Shown piece after piece: positions 52,714 to 64,000 of a stretch of DNA of 64,000 nt. How positions within the stretch are numbered: position 1 is the stretch's first letter; the number at the start of each line of letters is the position of its first letter. The position numbers were made by a program, and so were the translations under genes. Source of the DNA: Octopus sinensis (lineage: Eukaryota); NCBI RefSeq assembly GCF_006345805.1, contig NC_043008.1, positions 1,116,001-1,180,000 of the forward strand. Reading direction: 5' to 3'. The notes beneath the pieces were generated by a model that saw only the letters and a program-made list of their open reading frames with translations, was not told the origin of the DNA and did not search any database.

Positions 52714-52720
52714 ATATATA
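50321..52720. repeat. Second near-identical tandem duplication (50321-51442 and 51443-52720)
   Basis: The unique block ATAATTATGATACACTTGAAGTAGG..CTTTCGTGAT is repeated at offset about 1.12-1.24 kb; units are bounded by (TA)n/(TG)n. Confidence 0.95.
51615..51804. mobile_element. MITE-like foldback element with about 60-bp TIRs (167-bp deleted copy at 50490-50656)
   Basis: TGTCA(A/T)GGTATTGGTGTATTACGGCCGTTTGGGGCGGCTTCATTTAATCGATCAATGCA pairs with TGCATTAATCGATTAAATGGACCCGCCTGAAACGGCCGTAATGTAATAATATCTTGACA. Confidence 0.75.
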
Positions 52721-52722
52721 TA

Positions 52723-53400
52723 AGGTGCAGGAGAACTCAACACCGCCAACTTAGCACAGCTGACTCAACACTAAGAAAACTCATCACCAAGAAAATTGAT
52801 TAATAAATCATTTATTTGTTGTATTTCTTTATTCGTTTTATAACATTATGAGGTATGTATAAAATATTAATTCAATACATGACATAAGATTTAATGTTCG
52901 AACAAAAATAATTGAGAAACTATTTATATATGATTTAAGGCTAAAATTTAAATGCGAAATTTACTGAAAGGTGTATGCAAATCCCTTCTAATATTTTGTG
53001 GGAGATCGTTCTGCAAAAGAAGAAACAATATGCAGAATTCTATCATCTGCCTTCACATAGTTCTTCAGTTTAGCGTGAGGAGGATGACTGCCAATCAGTG
53101 GCTCAACAAATGCCCCTCCGTTTCTTTGCCCCTTATGTAGTCCATTTATGACTCTCCAAACTGTGGGGTGCTCCAGTCCCAGCTCTGTTTGGAGTCTTCT
53201 ATTTGCTGCTCCAGCATGGTTATTTGGCCGGTCTTCCTTCAGGAACGACCTCTCGTAAATATTCTACATTTCATGGAGGAAGAGTGAAGGTCTTCTACTA
53301 TTTCCACATCGATTTGGTCTTCCATTATAGGTGTCTTCGACTTACAACACCGTTCTTCGTCATGAGGTTATTTCGTAGAGCGTGTTTGTTTACCTGAGAA
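52723..53400 (-). mobile_element. Mutator-like (MULE) element remnant: C-terminal transposase region plus terminal repeat
   Basis: Minus-strand EDTYNGRPNRCGNSRRPSLFLHEM*NIYER..NNHAGAANRRLQTELGLEHPTVWRVINGLHKGQ..PPHAKLKNYVKADDRILHIV resembles the MULE C-terminal pattern (EDTYIGR..R.P.F...WN.Y.R..TNN..E..H..L....HP..W); the terminus at 52723 has four AACTCAACAC-like subterminal repeats. Confidence 0.75.
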
Positions 53401-53439
53401 CAAGGACAAGGTGAGCTCTGATTGGTGGTATGCAAAGGA

Positions 53440-53720
53440 GTTCGTTACTGGGGTCCGGTATTCTCTCGTAGGAAAAACATTTTGCTTCCCGGACCGGGCT
53501 GTGAGTTGTATTATTGAGCAAGATATTTTATTTCATGTTACTGCAGTTCACTCAGCCGTATAAATGAGTTGCCACGTCACTGGTGCCAAGCTGTATCGGC
53601 CTTTGACTTATTATTTGGATAACATCAGTGTCGAGGAGAGGGGAAACTGTTACGCATGGGTGAATGCCGGTCTTCCATAAACAACCTTGCCTTGAGTCTA
53701 ACTTTCTAGCTACACTCCCA
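53440..53720 (+). mobile_element. Degenerate SINE related to family C
   Basis: TTGTATTATTGAGCAAGATATTTTATTTCATGTTACTGCAGTTCACTCAGC core-like motif. Confidence 0.55.
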
Positions 53721-54254
53721 CGGACATTCATGACCGAATGGGCCCTTTACTCTATAGAATTTCTTCATACATGTAGGGGCTTCTGTTTTAGGCATATTGC
53801 TTAACAGTATTTAAAAAAAAAAAAAAATTATTTACTGGATTTAATCCTTTTGCTTTGGCAATATAAAGGTCAAAGGCACCATGTGTACTGTTTAAGCCCT
53901 TAGTAACTGGCAATGTCAACATTCTCTTTCACGAAAGTATATATATATAGTTAGTAAGCTACTATCGTTACTTTTCGTTATTTAGGGTTTTCTTTCTTTT
54001 TATTTGTATGGTTGGGGTTATAGGCATGCCATGGTTTTGGTTTTTTTAGTATACAAATTTATTCCTGTTCTGCTTCGATGTTTGCAAAAGCCTTTGATGA
54101 GAGGTTGCATGTCCTTATGTTTCTCTCTTGGTGTTCATTGTTCTCTAAGCAATTTGATTTGTATAATCAAGTGTTAACGTTCAAGTTTGGCGGATGCAGA
54201 GTCTGTTTGGTGTTTGTTTATAAAATTTCTTCAAATTTTGTTGTAGATATTATT

Positions 54255-54664
54255 TTATTCTTTTATTTCTTTCAGTCATTCGACTGCGGCTATGCTGGGG
54301 CACCGCTTTTACTCGAATAAATCTTTGTAAGTCTCCTAATTATTCTATCGGTTTTTACGCTAGTTTACGGGGCAAAAACATACCAATATCAATTGTCAAG
54401 CGATGTTGGGTGACAAACGCAGGCACAAAAATACACGCATACACACACGCGCGCGCACACGCACATACACGCACACACATAGACACACACACATATATAC
54501 ACGACGGGCTTCTTTCCGTTTCCGTCTACCAAATTCACTCATAAGCCTTTGGCGTGCCCGAAGCTATAGTAGAAGACACTTGCCTAAGGTTCCAGGCAGT
54601 GGGCCTGAACCTGGAACCATGTGGTTAGTAAGCAAGCTGCCTACCACACAGTCACTCCTGCGCC
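54255..54664 (-). mobile_element. SINE family A, near full length
   Basis: Reverse complement begins GGCGCAGGAGTGACTGTGTGGTAGG..GGTTCCAGGTTCAGGCCC and ends GCATAGCCGCAGTCGAATGACTGAAA. Confidence 0.85.
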
Positions 54665-55198
54665 TATATATATATATATATATATGCAAAAGTGAAGCAG
54701 ATTTATTTGGTGTGTCTAAATTTATGTATAAAAATTGAAACAAGATATAATTTAATAAAGGAAAAATAAAAAATTATAAAAAATAAATAAAGTAATGAAA
54801 TATAATTTAGTTTAAAAAATGATAAAGGAAAGGGTTCTTTCAGTTTCTTTGTTTACAAGTAAACACTTTATGTGTATGAAGGTTTCGGTAATAGAAAATC
54901 TTATGTGCGAATTTTACTTGGAGATGTGGAGAATTTTAGATAATTTCTAGAGCAACTGTATCTTATAATAGAGTTTTCTTTAAATTTTATATTATCGAGA
55001 TAGTTTATGTTGTAGGCGGTTAGGCGGTTGGAGGTGAAGTGATGAGACATTAATAAGTTGTACCAAATTATATTAAGATATTTATTTATTAAATTATACA
55101 TATAATGTACACAAACATTTGAATGTGTATGTGTGTATGTATGCATATGTATGTGTGTGTATGTATATATATATATATATATGCGTGTGTGTATGTAT

Positions 55199-55240
<42 letters not shown>

Positions 55241-56009
55241 ATATATATACCTGCCTGTGTGTATGTATTCATGTGATCGAGTTTCGCATTAGTGTTTGTC
55301 CAATTGGTGTTGGTTTGTTTACGGTCTCGTAACTTAACGGGTCGGCATAAGATTCTGATAGGGTGAGTACGTGGCTTTAAAAAATAAGTAGTGGATTCGA
55401 TTCTTTCCATTAAATTCCTCTAAGCAGTGACCCAAAGGTCCACACCCCATTGACTGAAACAATTAAAGATAAATGATTTAAGAAGATACACAATGCTTCA
55501 AATAATTCTAAGTTGAATTCCTTATCTTTTATTCATGGCGATATTAATCGTTCTTAAGATCAACTGTGTTGATATATGCTTCAGTCTCAGATCCTGAGAG
55601 TAGTGCCACAATTTCTCTGGGATAGGAAGGGAAGTGACTCAGTTGCTAATGCATACTGATTTCCGTTCTGCGTACAAAGAACCGGACACAAAGTCTCTAA
55701 ACGCTATAACAGTTCCATAGATCTACTACCTTCGAGTAAAATTTTGCATCGATTCCTGGAATTCTGAAAGGAAAAATTGACATTAACGTAATTGGAATTT
55801 AGATTGCAAAAATTTTGAGCAAAAACGAGGAGATATTCTATCCAGCACATCACAGACCCTGCCGATTTACCACATTAGCTAAGGCGATAATCAAACACAT
55901 TTATATAAATCGAAAGTGATGTCATGTTTGTCAAGGTTAACGTTATCTAGATTTAAATGTTGTTTTGCTTAAATCACTCTTTGATACATATTTTATACTG
56001 GCTTTTCTT

Positions 56010-56300
56010 AGTCATACAAGCAGTAAATTAACCGATCTTCTATCTCCCTCAATGTGTGCACTTGTATTTTCTTTTGTACTCCTTGTGTTGTTTAGGCGAT
56101 CTTGCCATGTTCGATGAAATATTTCATGGTGATTCTCTCGTGATGATATCATCAGCTTTTGTAACCCGGTGTCATGGAATATGCCATGCAATACGATCAT
56201 CCATTTTAAAACAGTTGTATGTGACATTATACTGTCTTATTTGTATCGCACATTTCTCACGAATTAACCATAGATTTCTAAAGTGCAAACCCCCAATCAA
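56010..56300 (-). mobile_element. Possible degenerate mariner N-terminal fragment
   Basis: MSHTTVLKW and AHIEGDRRSV resemble mariner HTH motifs (MS.T.V.EW; I..DRR.T). Confidence 0.4.
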
Positions 56301-56867
56301 GGCTTCACTTATATTATAGAATTATTGCTGCTATTTCTAGCATGATGTGGAAACATTTAGAGCTGCGCTCGTTTGCACAAATACATACTTATTTGTCAAT
56401 GAGATGTTTAGAATAATATTTATTATAATGTGTCTATTTTATATTGCGTCTGGAAGATTTCAGTAGCTAGTTTAATGCCTGTCTAATTTATATTATAATC
56501 TCTTGTGAGGAGTGTTTTGATAACGGCCAATTTCACACTGATTGGAATCTCACTTTTACACTATCATTTCTGCACACAGGGAATATTTATTTAATTTTTC
56601 TCTATTTCTCTCATTCAGAAAATACTGCATAGTTAAGAACCATAACAATGTCAATAAAACGAGATGAGAGTTTGTAATTATTTACATTTCAAGCAATGTG
56701 TATGTACATATGGTGCGAGGCTTTGAGCAGCTAGGTACAAAAACGGCACTCTCATGTAAAACACCGTACGAACGTTGGTTAGAGATCGATCTCACAGCCC
56801 AGCATTTCATTCTGCAGCTTTTTAATTGAATTCCGGCCGAGACGCACTTTTGAGTAGAATTTTAAAT

Positions 56868-57210
56868 ACTGGAGCAACGTGAAATGAAGTGACTTGCGCA
56901 AGGACAAAACGCATCGTCGGAAATCGAACTCACGTTTGTAAGGTACTGCGTTCGATTCCAAGCTGCCCGCTTTATAATTGTACTTTATTTCTTGTTACTC
57001 CAGTCCACCCAGACAGCAGAAATGAATTGTAGCTGTATTTCAAAGAGGCTGCCTTGTTACACATTGTGTCACGCTGAATCTATTTGGGAACAACATGAAG
57101 TGTATGCTTATCTGTAAGGTGCGCAGCCATTTACAAGTTGATATCACGAGCAGGCTGTGTTGTGAATCGGATCAACAGGAACCTTTATTTGTCGTAACCG
57201 ACGGAGTACC
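56868..57210. mobile_element. Two SINE family C pieces in opposite orientations (56868-56940 minus; 56975-57210 plus)
   Basis: Matches to the core and 3' parts of 17215-17535. Confidence 0.65.
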
Positions 57211-58214
57211 AATTCTTTCAGCTTGTTCCCCCGCCCTCCATCGGCGATCAGCGTTGGTTTGTTTATACCCACGTAACTTAGTGGTCGGCAAAACAGCTGA
57301 TATAATGAGTACCAGTATCATATAAACAAAATAACACCTAGGACCTATGTGTTCAATAAAATCCTTCAAAATAGAGCTCTAGTATGACTACAATTCATTG
57401 ACTGAAAGAAATAAAAGGTAGGTAAAGGGTATATAATAATCCGAATTTCAATTTTACTTTTTCAAATGTTTTAATAATAAATTCAGTATCTTCGCAGTGC
57501 GTTTAACTACAAATCGCAGCGCAATTTTAAAGCCATACTTACCGTGTATATTTATTTTCAATATAAAAGAAGTGCTTTGCAAAATGTAGTAAAAATCTTT
57601 TTCAACGAAAACACTAACACATTGTTGATTTTATACGATGGATTAACTACATTTATAACTCATATAATCTAGCACATAATATGTTTTCAAGTTGTACTAA
57701 ATATGTTTTTCAGAGAAATCACTAGCAGCTTCTTGGTTTCATACAATGAAGTAATTTCCTTTATATCTCGTGTAATGTAGCTCACATGCCACAACTGCTC
57801 TAGCATATTTTCTTAGCTTCTCATCATGTGATGAACTTGTTGAAAAGACTTAGATTAATCCTCATTTAGCAATCTGCAATCCGCTGACGAGGTGAGTGTG
57901 CTTACATGATCCATTTAATCAGCAAACTCATTAATATCACTAATGAAGGAAGTTGCATGTGGCACTTTAATAATGGGATTAATTGACGTCACATATATAA
58001 TTCGAAATTAACTCTTCTTCGTAGGAGGTTATGATGAGTTGGTGGAGAATATCGACCAATAGGCTGCTGCTTCATTTTACAGAATCGGAGGGTCGACATG
58101 CAAATTTGGCCTCACCTTTATTTGAACTCAGAATGTCGGAATCCGGAAGAAATATCACAAGGTATTTTATCAGATGCTTGCAATAATTGTAACATTATTT
58201 CTAAGCAAATCCAT

Positions 58215-58400
58215 GCGCCAGGGCAAAGTGAAGAGCGGCATTTCGTTCGTCTTCACGATCTGAGTTGAAATTCAGCCGAGGTTGACTTTAGCTGTCATCC
58301 GTTTGGGGTCGATAACGTAAGTATGAGTTGAGTGCTGGAGTTGTAATCGATTTAGTCCCCATGCCGACATTTCTGGCCTTCTGCCAATATTTGAAACCAT
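58215..58400 (+). mobile_element. Degenerate SINE family B
   Basis: GGCATTTCGTTCGTCTTCACGATCTGAGTTGAAATTCAGCCGAGGTTGACTTTAGC..GGGGTCGATAA. Confidence 0.65.
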
Positions 58401-59959
58401 TATTTCGAATCGAAGTACAAGGGTAGGGACTGAGGTTACAGGCAGTTCGATTATGTTTGAAGTTACCATTTATTTTATCGATCCGAAAAATGTAAATTGT
58501 AGCTGTCCACAGTGAGATTTGAACTGAGATCGTAACCACCCAGACAAAGCGATTGGTTCCATCCTCTCATGTTTCTCCCAATCCACTGACTTTGGAATAA
58601 TTGTAATAAAGTTACTGATTGAAGCACATGACCTATAATTCTTCATTGCTACATTATTTTCTCTATCCTGAATAGATGAAAGCCAAAATTTGACCGCGGT
58701 GCCATTTCAACAAAGTAAGTAAAGAACCGGAACCAATAACTCAAGACATTTTTCCGATGCTCCAACGCGTCTTCCAGTTCATTGCTTTCGGAAAATGTAT
58801 AATAAATGTTTGTAATTAACAAACAAGTGAAGCATATTTCAATGAAGAGGTTCAGTCGATATCATAACAAGAATACTTCATTGGTATTTTACTTTAATCG
58901 ACCCCGAAAATAGGCAAGCGAATATTGACATCCGCAGGATTAGAACACAAAACGAAAAGACTCAGAACCAATGCTGCAAAGTGATATGTTTTCCACCGAT
59001 TCCGCAAAACACTACGATTAGCAAAGATGTAATAACTCTTTCTAATATAGACATGGTAGTCTAAAAATGAGGGCGAGGGGTACAGTCGATTATATCAACA
59101 ACCGTATTCACTTGGTACTTTGTTTATCGCTCTCCAACTGATGAAAGGTTAAGTAAACATTCCTGAAATTAGAAATCAAAACTTTGCGAAATGTCACTAA
59201 GTATTTTGTCAGGCATGTGAAATTAATCTTCCAGCGCTGTCATTGGCAAAGGCATTATAATAATCTTTCTATCTCTGTCACGCATCCGAAATTTTTGGTG
59301 TGCGTTAGTCGAAAAGAACCGACCTCTAGACGTGACTGGTACTTAATTTATCAACCACAGAATGTTGAAATATGAAGTCTCTCTCCAGAATTGAACGGAG
59401 AATGCCAAGAAGGACGAAATACCGGTAAGTAATTTTTCCCAGAAAGGCAATGATTCTTACAACTGGTCACACTTTCCAAGGTTTATAAAATGAATTTCAA
59501 CTTTTGGCCCAAGGCCAGCAGTTTGAGAAAAGGTGGGCAAGTCAATTTCATTGACCTTAGGGTGCAACAGGAATTTATTTTATCGATGAAAGACAAAACC
59601 CACCCGGTAGCATTTGAATTCAGAATATAAAACCAAAATAAATAACATTAAGTATTTTGTCCGACATGGTAACGCTCCTGTCAGCTCGCATCTTTTAGTA
59701 ACGGTATTATAATAATGACAAGGATTTAATATAAAGACTTTATTTACCTAATTTTCTTGAAATTATATAAAATTTTATTCAGTTTTGTTATTAATTAATG
59801 TTTCAAGTAAAACCCGCTTGAGTTGGTGTTTATAAGAGTTTATTATATAATACTTTATTCCCGATGGTTTAAAAAGTTTGAATTATGATAAAAATATTCT
59901 GAGTAATCTCAATATTTTGTTGTGAAGCCAAGAATATCATATTTGATAATATGGATTAT

Positions 59960-60270
59960 ATTAAGTACATTATATTATCTTGGAAATAATAATTTTATCT
60001 TTCTCTGAGAAGTAACCAAGGCATCCTCCGAGAAGTTTAAAAAGTATCTCGATACATTTCAGTCCATAATCCTAAGGAAAGCATCAGCAAATATGTATGA
60101 CCAAAGCAGATCAGCCTCGACTAGTTTGTTCATACATTGACCAGAATTTCCAGTTACACTCTGAAACACAACCTAAACATTCACTCTCGACTTATGATGT
60201 ACAAATGGAACATTCGACTTCCAGACCTATACGTCCATGAATGGTCTAGGCCATGACTACTAAAAATTTG
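59960..60270 (+). mobile_element. Possible 3' end of a CR1/L2-type LINE
   Basis: EKFKKYLDTF..MYDQSRSASTSL resembles the terminal FK..LD.FL..IPDEP...Y...R.A.SNSL motif of CR1-like ORF2. Confidence 0.5.
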
Positions 60271-60812
60271 TAAACTTATATGTATGTATGTGTGTGTGTG
60301 CGTGTGTATGCACGAAGCACGCCAAGTGAGATGTTGAGAGAGAGAGGGGGAGCGGGGAGAGAGAAAGAAAGAGAGAAATGGAGAAAGAAAAAGAGGAAAA
60401 GATAAAGAAAGAAGGAGAGATAAAGAAAGATTACAAAAACAAATAAATTACAGATGTAAATGCTAATTAAAGCAACATTTTTCATCTGATTAAACTCGTC
60501 AGATACTTTCATTAAAACAAAAATATGACGAGCTAACCCCCCCTTTTTCCAAAATCTGTTACTAATTAGTATAATTTAATAGTCATTAATAATAGACGAT
60601 GTTCACAAATTATCTTTATGGCTTCCACAGTTTATTGTTAAACTTGAGGTCCATGAATCAACGTCTCGGAAGGGTTCAGATCTTCCCAATAAAACTTTAT
60701 TCTCTATTTATTATAGAAATATATATATATATATATATATATACTATATGTTATATATATATAATGTATATATATATATATATGTATAATATATAGATAT
60801 ATATATAATGTT

Positions 60813-60850
<38 letters not shown>

Positions 60851-60904
60851 ATATATGTATATTATATATATATGTATATATATATATATATATATGTTTA
60901 TATA

Positions 60905-60935
<31 letters not shown>

Positions 60936-61070
60936 GTTTATTATTATATATATATATATAATATATATATATATACATATAGTTATATAGTACATATATA
61001 TATATACATATATATATATATGAAAAAAACAAGTCAAGAATAGAAAATGCTAAAATAATTTTATAGTGAA

Positions 61071-61118
61071 CATTTCAGTACCGGTTTCGGTCATTTTGAG
61101 ACCTTTTCAACTGTAACG
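61071..61118 (-). ncRNA. Minimal type I hammerhead ribozyme with U3-A8 core variant, downstream of a PLE remnant
   Basis: Minus strand CGTTACAG-TTGAAAA-GGTC-TCAAAAT-GACC-GAAA-C-CG-G-TA-CTGAAATG: helix I 8 positions with one A-A mismatch and one G-U, helix II 4 bp with G10.1-C11.1, palindromic helix III ACCGGT, GUA cleavage triplet. Confidence 0.75.
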
Positions 61119-61469
61119 ATTAAATAATTAAATTTAGAAAAATTAGAAGGAAAGTTTTTTTAAAGGAATATTTCTATAGTAGTGTTCAGATATAAGTGGC
61201 ATTCTGCCTTTCTCTGACTCCCTTGTTTGCACATGTGTGTTGGAGGTCGTTGTGTGTTCTTGGTAGGGTAGTAGAGGAAGAAGGCTGATGAGGAAAGAGG
61301 GTGGGAGAATCTGGGGGTGCCCTGATGGTCGTATTTTGAATGGTAAGTGGCGGCTGGCAGTCGCAGTTCAATTCAGGAGAATATTTCTATTGAAAGGCTT
61401 GTTTATAGAATTTGCGTAGGTGTTATACTAAAAAACATTAGTGACAAAGTTAAGGGGTAGAAGGTGGAG

Positions 61470-61665
61470 AAGTAGAAGAAGAAGAAGAAGAAGAAGAAGA
61501 AGAAGAAGAAGAAGATGACGATGTTGATGATGATGATGATGAAGAAGAAGAAGAAGAAGGAGAAGGAGAAGATGACGATGATGGTGATGGTGGCGATGAT
61601 TATGACGACGATGATGATGATAATGATGATGATGAAGAAGAAGAGGAAGAAGAAGAAAAAAACAG
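61470..61665. repeat. (GAA)n/(GAT)n compound trinucleotide tract inside the PLE 3' region
   Basis: Direct reading; explains the poly-L/H and poly-K/M ORFs. Confidence 0.95.
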
Positions 61666-61829
61666 AGAAGGGAGAATATGAATGGGTGAAAGTAGTGAGG
61701 TGTTGTATGACTTGAAGTTGGCATGTTATGGATTATAGCTGTGATTAGTAATGGATTCTTTGGAATGTAATATTTGTGTGTGAATATTTCTTTTATTCTA
61801 AAGTTGCGGTATATTAATCGTTTGTCGTA

Positions 61830-62340
61830 GCCCCGTTAAGAAGTGGTCTGTATTTTGTAATAAAGAGAGTTTCTTTACTTATTCTTGTCTCGAGGTGTGT
61901 CGTCGTAATCTTCCAAATTGGTAGAGGGGGAAAATCCTGAAGCTTGGTGTTTTTTTTTGGCGCAAGTATCTATGTGTTGGCTAAAAGCTATTTTTCTGTT
62001 TTGGGGAATTTTTATCTGGGATCTGTGCAGGGCCATTCGTTTACGCAAACTATTTTTTGTTGCCGATGTACTGCTCTTGACACCCGGAGCAGGTTAGTGA
62101 GTATATTAGGTTCTCCGAAGCACATGTGAAGTTGCTTTTCACTGTAAACCGTTGTCCCTGTTTGAAGGAGAGAAACTCTGATCCCTCAATTAGATAGCCG
62201 CATATCCCGCAATTGGGTCTTCCACATTTTTTTACTGTCGGCTTCTGTGTTTTGAAGAGTGAATGCGGGCTTGTGTTAGGAGACTTTTCATGGATTTAGG
62301 CTGTCTCTTGCTTTTTATGATCGTGTGTGTTTGGAGGATT
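61830..62340 (-). mobile_element. Penelope-like element GIY-YIG endonuclease remnant (Cys-rich linker, Neptune-like)
   Basis: IIKSKRQPKSMKSLLTQA, CGRPNCGICGYLIEGSEFLSFKQGQRFTVKSNFTCASENLIYSLTCSGCQEQYIG, then after a frameshift LRKRMALHRSQIKIPQNRKIAFSQHIDTCA; LIY..YIG motif at about 62109-62062. Confidence 0.9.
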
Positions 62341-62355
62341 GTGTTCATTCTGTGG

Positions 62356-62410
<55 letters not shown>

Positions 62411-62413
62411 TAT

Positions 62414-62454
<41 letters not shown>

Positions 62455-63082
62455 ATATTATATATATATATATATATTTAAAATGCATGTTTGTTTTCCT
62501 TATCACTCCAATCATAAAAGTGATGAAAGAGGCATGTGTGTACAATATTGGTTGCTACAAAATCAGGCATCGCTTGCCCGCAATTGTTGCAACCGTAAAA
62601 AGGGCAGCGTATAACTAAAATAGTACGCATTAAACATTCGTAGAAGTAAAGATTTTAGTAAATATTTCGTAACCAATTGATAAGTATACTGGACATGCAT
62701 ACATTGAGGAAAACGATAAATGTTTGCAATGAATGCGCCAGCTACAGATGTGTTTCAAACACTCATCCCGTTTATCTCTGTCTGAATGAAGAAGGCTTCT
62801 GTAAAAAGCCCGCGGAATCAAAGTAAATAGTTAGATAAATATACAGACAGGCAGAAATACATATAGATAGATAGATGCATAGGTAAATAGATACATAGAG
62901 GTGTAATAGATAGAGAGAGAGAGAAATAAATAAATAGATAGATAGATATATAGATAGATAAATCGGCGAACAAATTCACTCCCAACGTGAAATCACTCTT
63001 TTTACTGAACGTTAAACTAATATATTCCTTGTGCACATCCTCCTGTTATTGTTAATGCTATTGATCTTTTATTTGAATTAGG

Positions 63083-63152
<70 letters not shown>

Positions 63153-63261
63153 ATACATATATATTATATATATATATATATATAGATATATATCATATAC
63201 GTATGCATATGTTCATGTATCTTCCTTTTTAGTTTCACACACACACACACACACTCACAAA

Positions 63262-63292
<31 letters not shown>

Positions 63293-63311
63293 TACTGTAT
63301 ATATATATATA

Positions 63312-63343
<32 letters not shown>

Positions 63344-64000
63344 CAAGGTGTGCGTGTTAATAAAGGTAGAATTACAAATCCATTTCAGCCAATCTTACCA
63401 ATTGCTTTCAGAATGTGAATTTCATAAGCGGATATTAGATAACAGCTTGGTTAGTTTCACATGGTCTTTAGAGAAGACCCACCCCATAGTCAAATGTACA
63501 AGTGCGTAGTTTTCTGACATTCATGTGTGTGTGTGTGTGCGTACTTTCGAGTTTGTGTGTAAGAGCGTTTGATTATAGGCGTATATAAAATTTGAAACCT
63601 GATAAATTCAACTCCTGAATCGCACGAAAGTGTGGTTCAGACAGATGCTGGTGTACTGACAGACATATGCAAAAAATATATCACTAAATAACTATTAAGT
63701 CACTTATATTTTCTTTTTATTTAGAGAAAAAGATACAAAAATCCCAGAAGCAATTGTTAGCAATTCTGAAAGAAATTGCAAAATAATTTCAAATAAACAC
63801 GAAAATATTTAACAGAAAATTGGAATTTCATTTCGAAAGTAAACTAATCTTTAGCATCAGGCAACAAGACAGACAGCTACTAACGTGGTTTACTTTGTTA
63901 CACATGACATCATTAGCAAAACATGTTTTGGCAAATATACTTTCACCATTCCATTTAGATTTCAACGAATTTACCAAGATTTCTCTCCCGTAAATTCGTA

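Noticed and set aside
9307-54664. tRNA genes suggested by A/B-box motifs
   Set aside because: The boxes belong to SINE heads that continue into SINE bodies and do not form complete cloverleaves.
55730-55763. 34-nt minus-strand exon-like segment (TTTTTCCTTTCAG acceptor, AAG|GTAGTA donor)
   Set aside because: All frames are open and no linkable neighbouring exon was found; it could be a 5' UTR exon but is unsupported.
57855-57900. LAICNPLT followed by a strong GAG|GTGAGT donor, reminiscent of the GPCR DRY..AIC.PL motif
   Set aside because: The preceding residues are NPH, not DRY, and an in-frame stop lies immediately upstream.
309-63346. Most ORFs in the supplied six-frame track (poly-YI, HT, CV, LS, V, M, I, S, K/H)
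   Set aside because: They are translations of (TA)n, (CA)n, (TC)n and trinucleotide microsatellites that happen to lack stop codons.

Overview
Eukaryotic, very AT-rich, microsatellite-saturated DNA ((TA)n, (CA)n, (TATC)n, (TACA)n, trinucleotide tracts). Its repeat content (three tRNA-derived SINE families, several Tc1/mariner families, Penelope-like retroelements) is what I associate with an octopus/coleoid cephalopod genome; this is inference, not a search result. Almost all ORFs in the supplied track are microsatellite translations. Recognisable content: one full-length but inactivated 1.63-kb Tc1 (DD34E) transposon with IR/DR-type inverted repeats; remnants of a second Tc1, of DD37D and DD34D mariners, a MULE, a CR1/L2-type LINE 3' end, a non-autonomous Helitron and Penelope-like element (PLE) GIY-YIG regions; more than 15 SINE copies, three with clear TSDs; several foldback/MITE-like inverted repeats; and two adjacent near-identical tandem duplications (about 1.45 kb and 1.1-1.25 kb) that may be assembly artefacts. 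The most interesting signals are (i) five minimal type I hammerhead-ribozyme folds in three different catalytic-core variants, one directly downstream of a PLE endonuclease remnant, and (ii) a chain of small, phase-compatible candidate exons on the minus strand (26891 to 7252) that could encode an unrecognised hydrophobic protein of about 144 aa. No rRNA, bona fide tRNA gene, CRISPR array or identifiable host gene was found.
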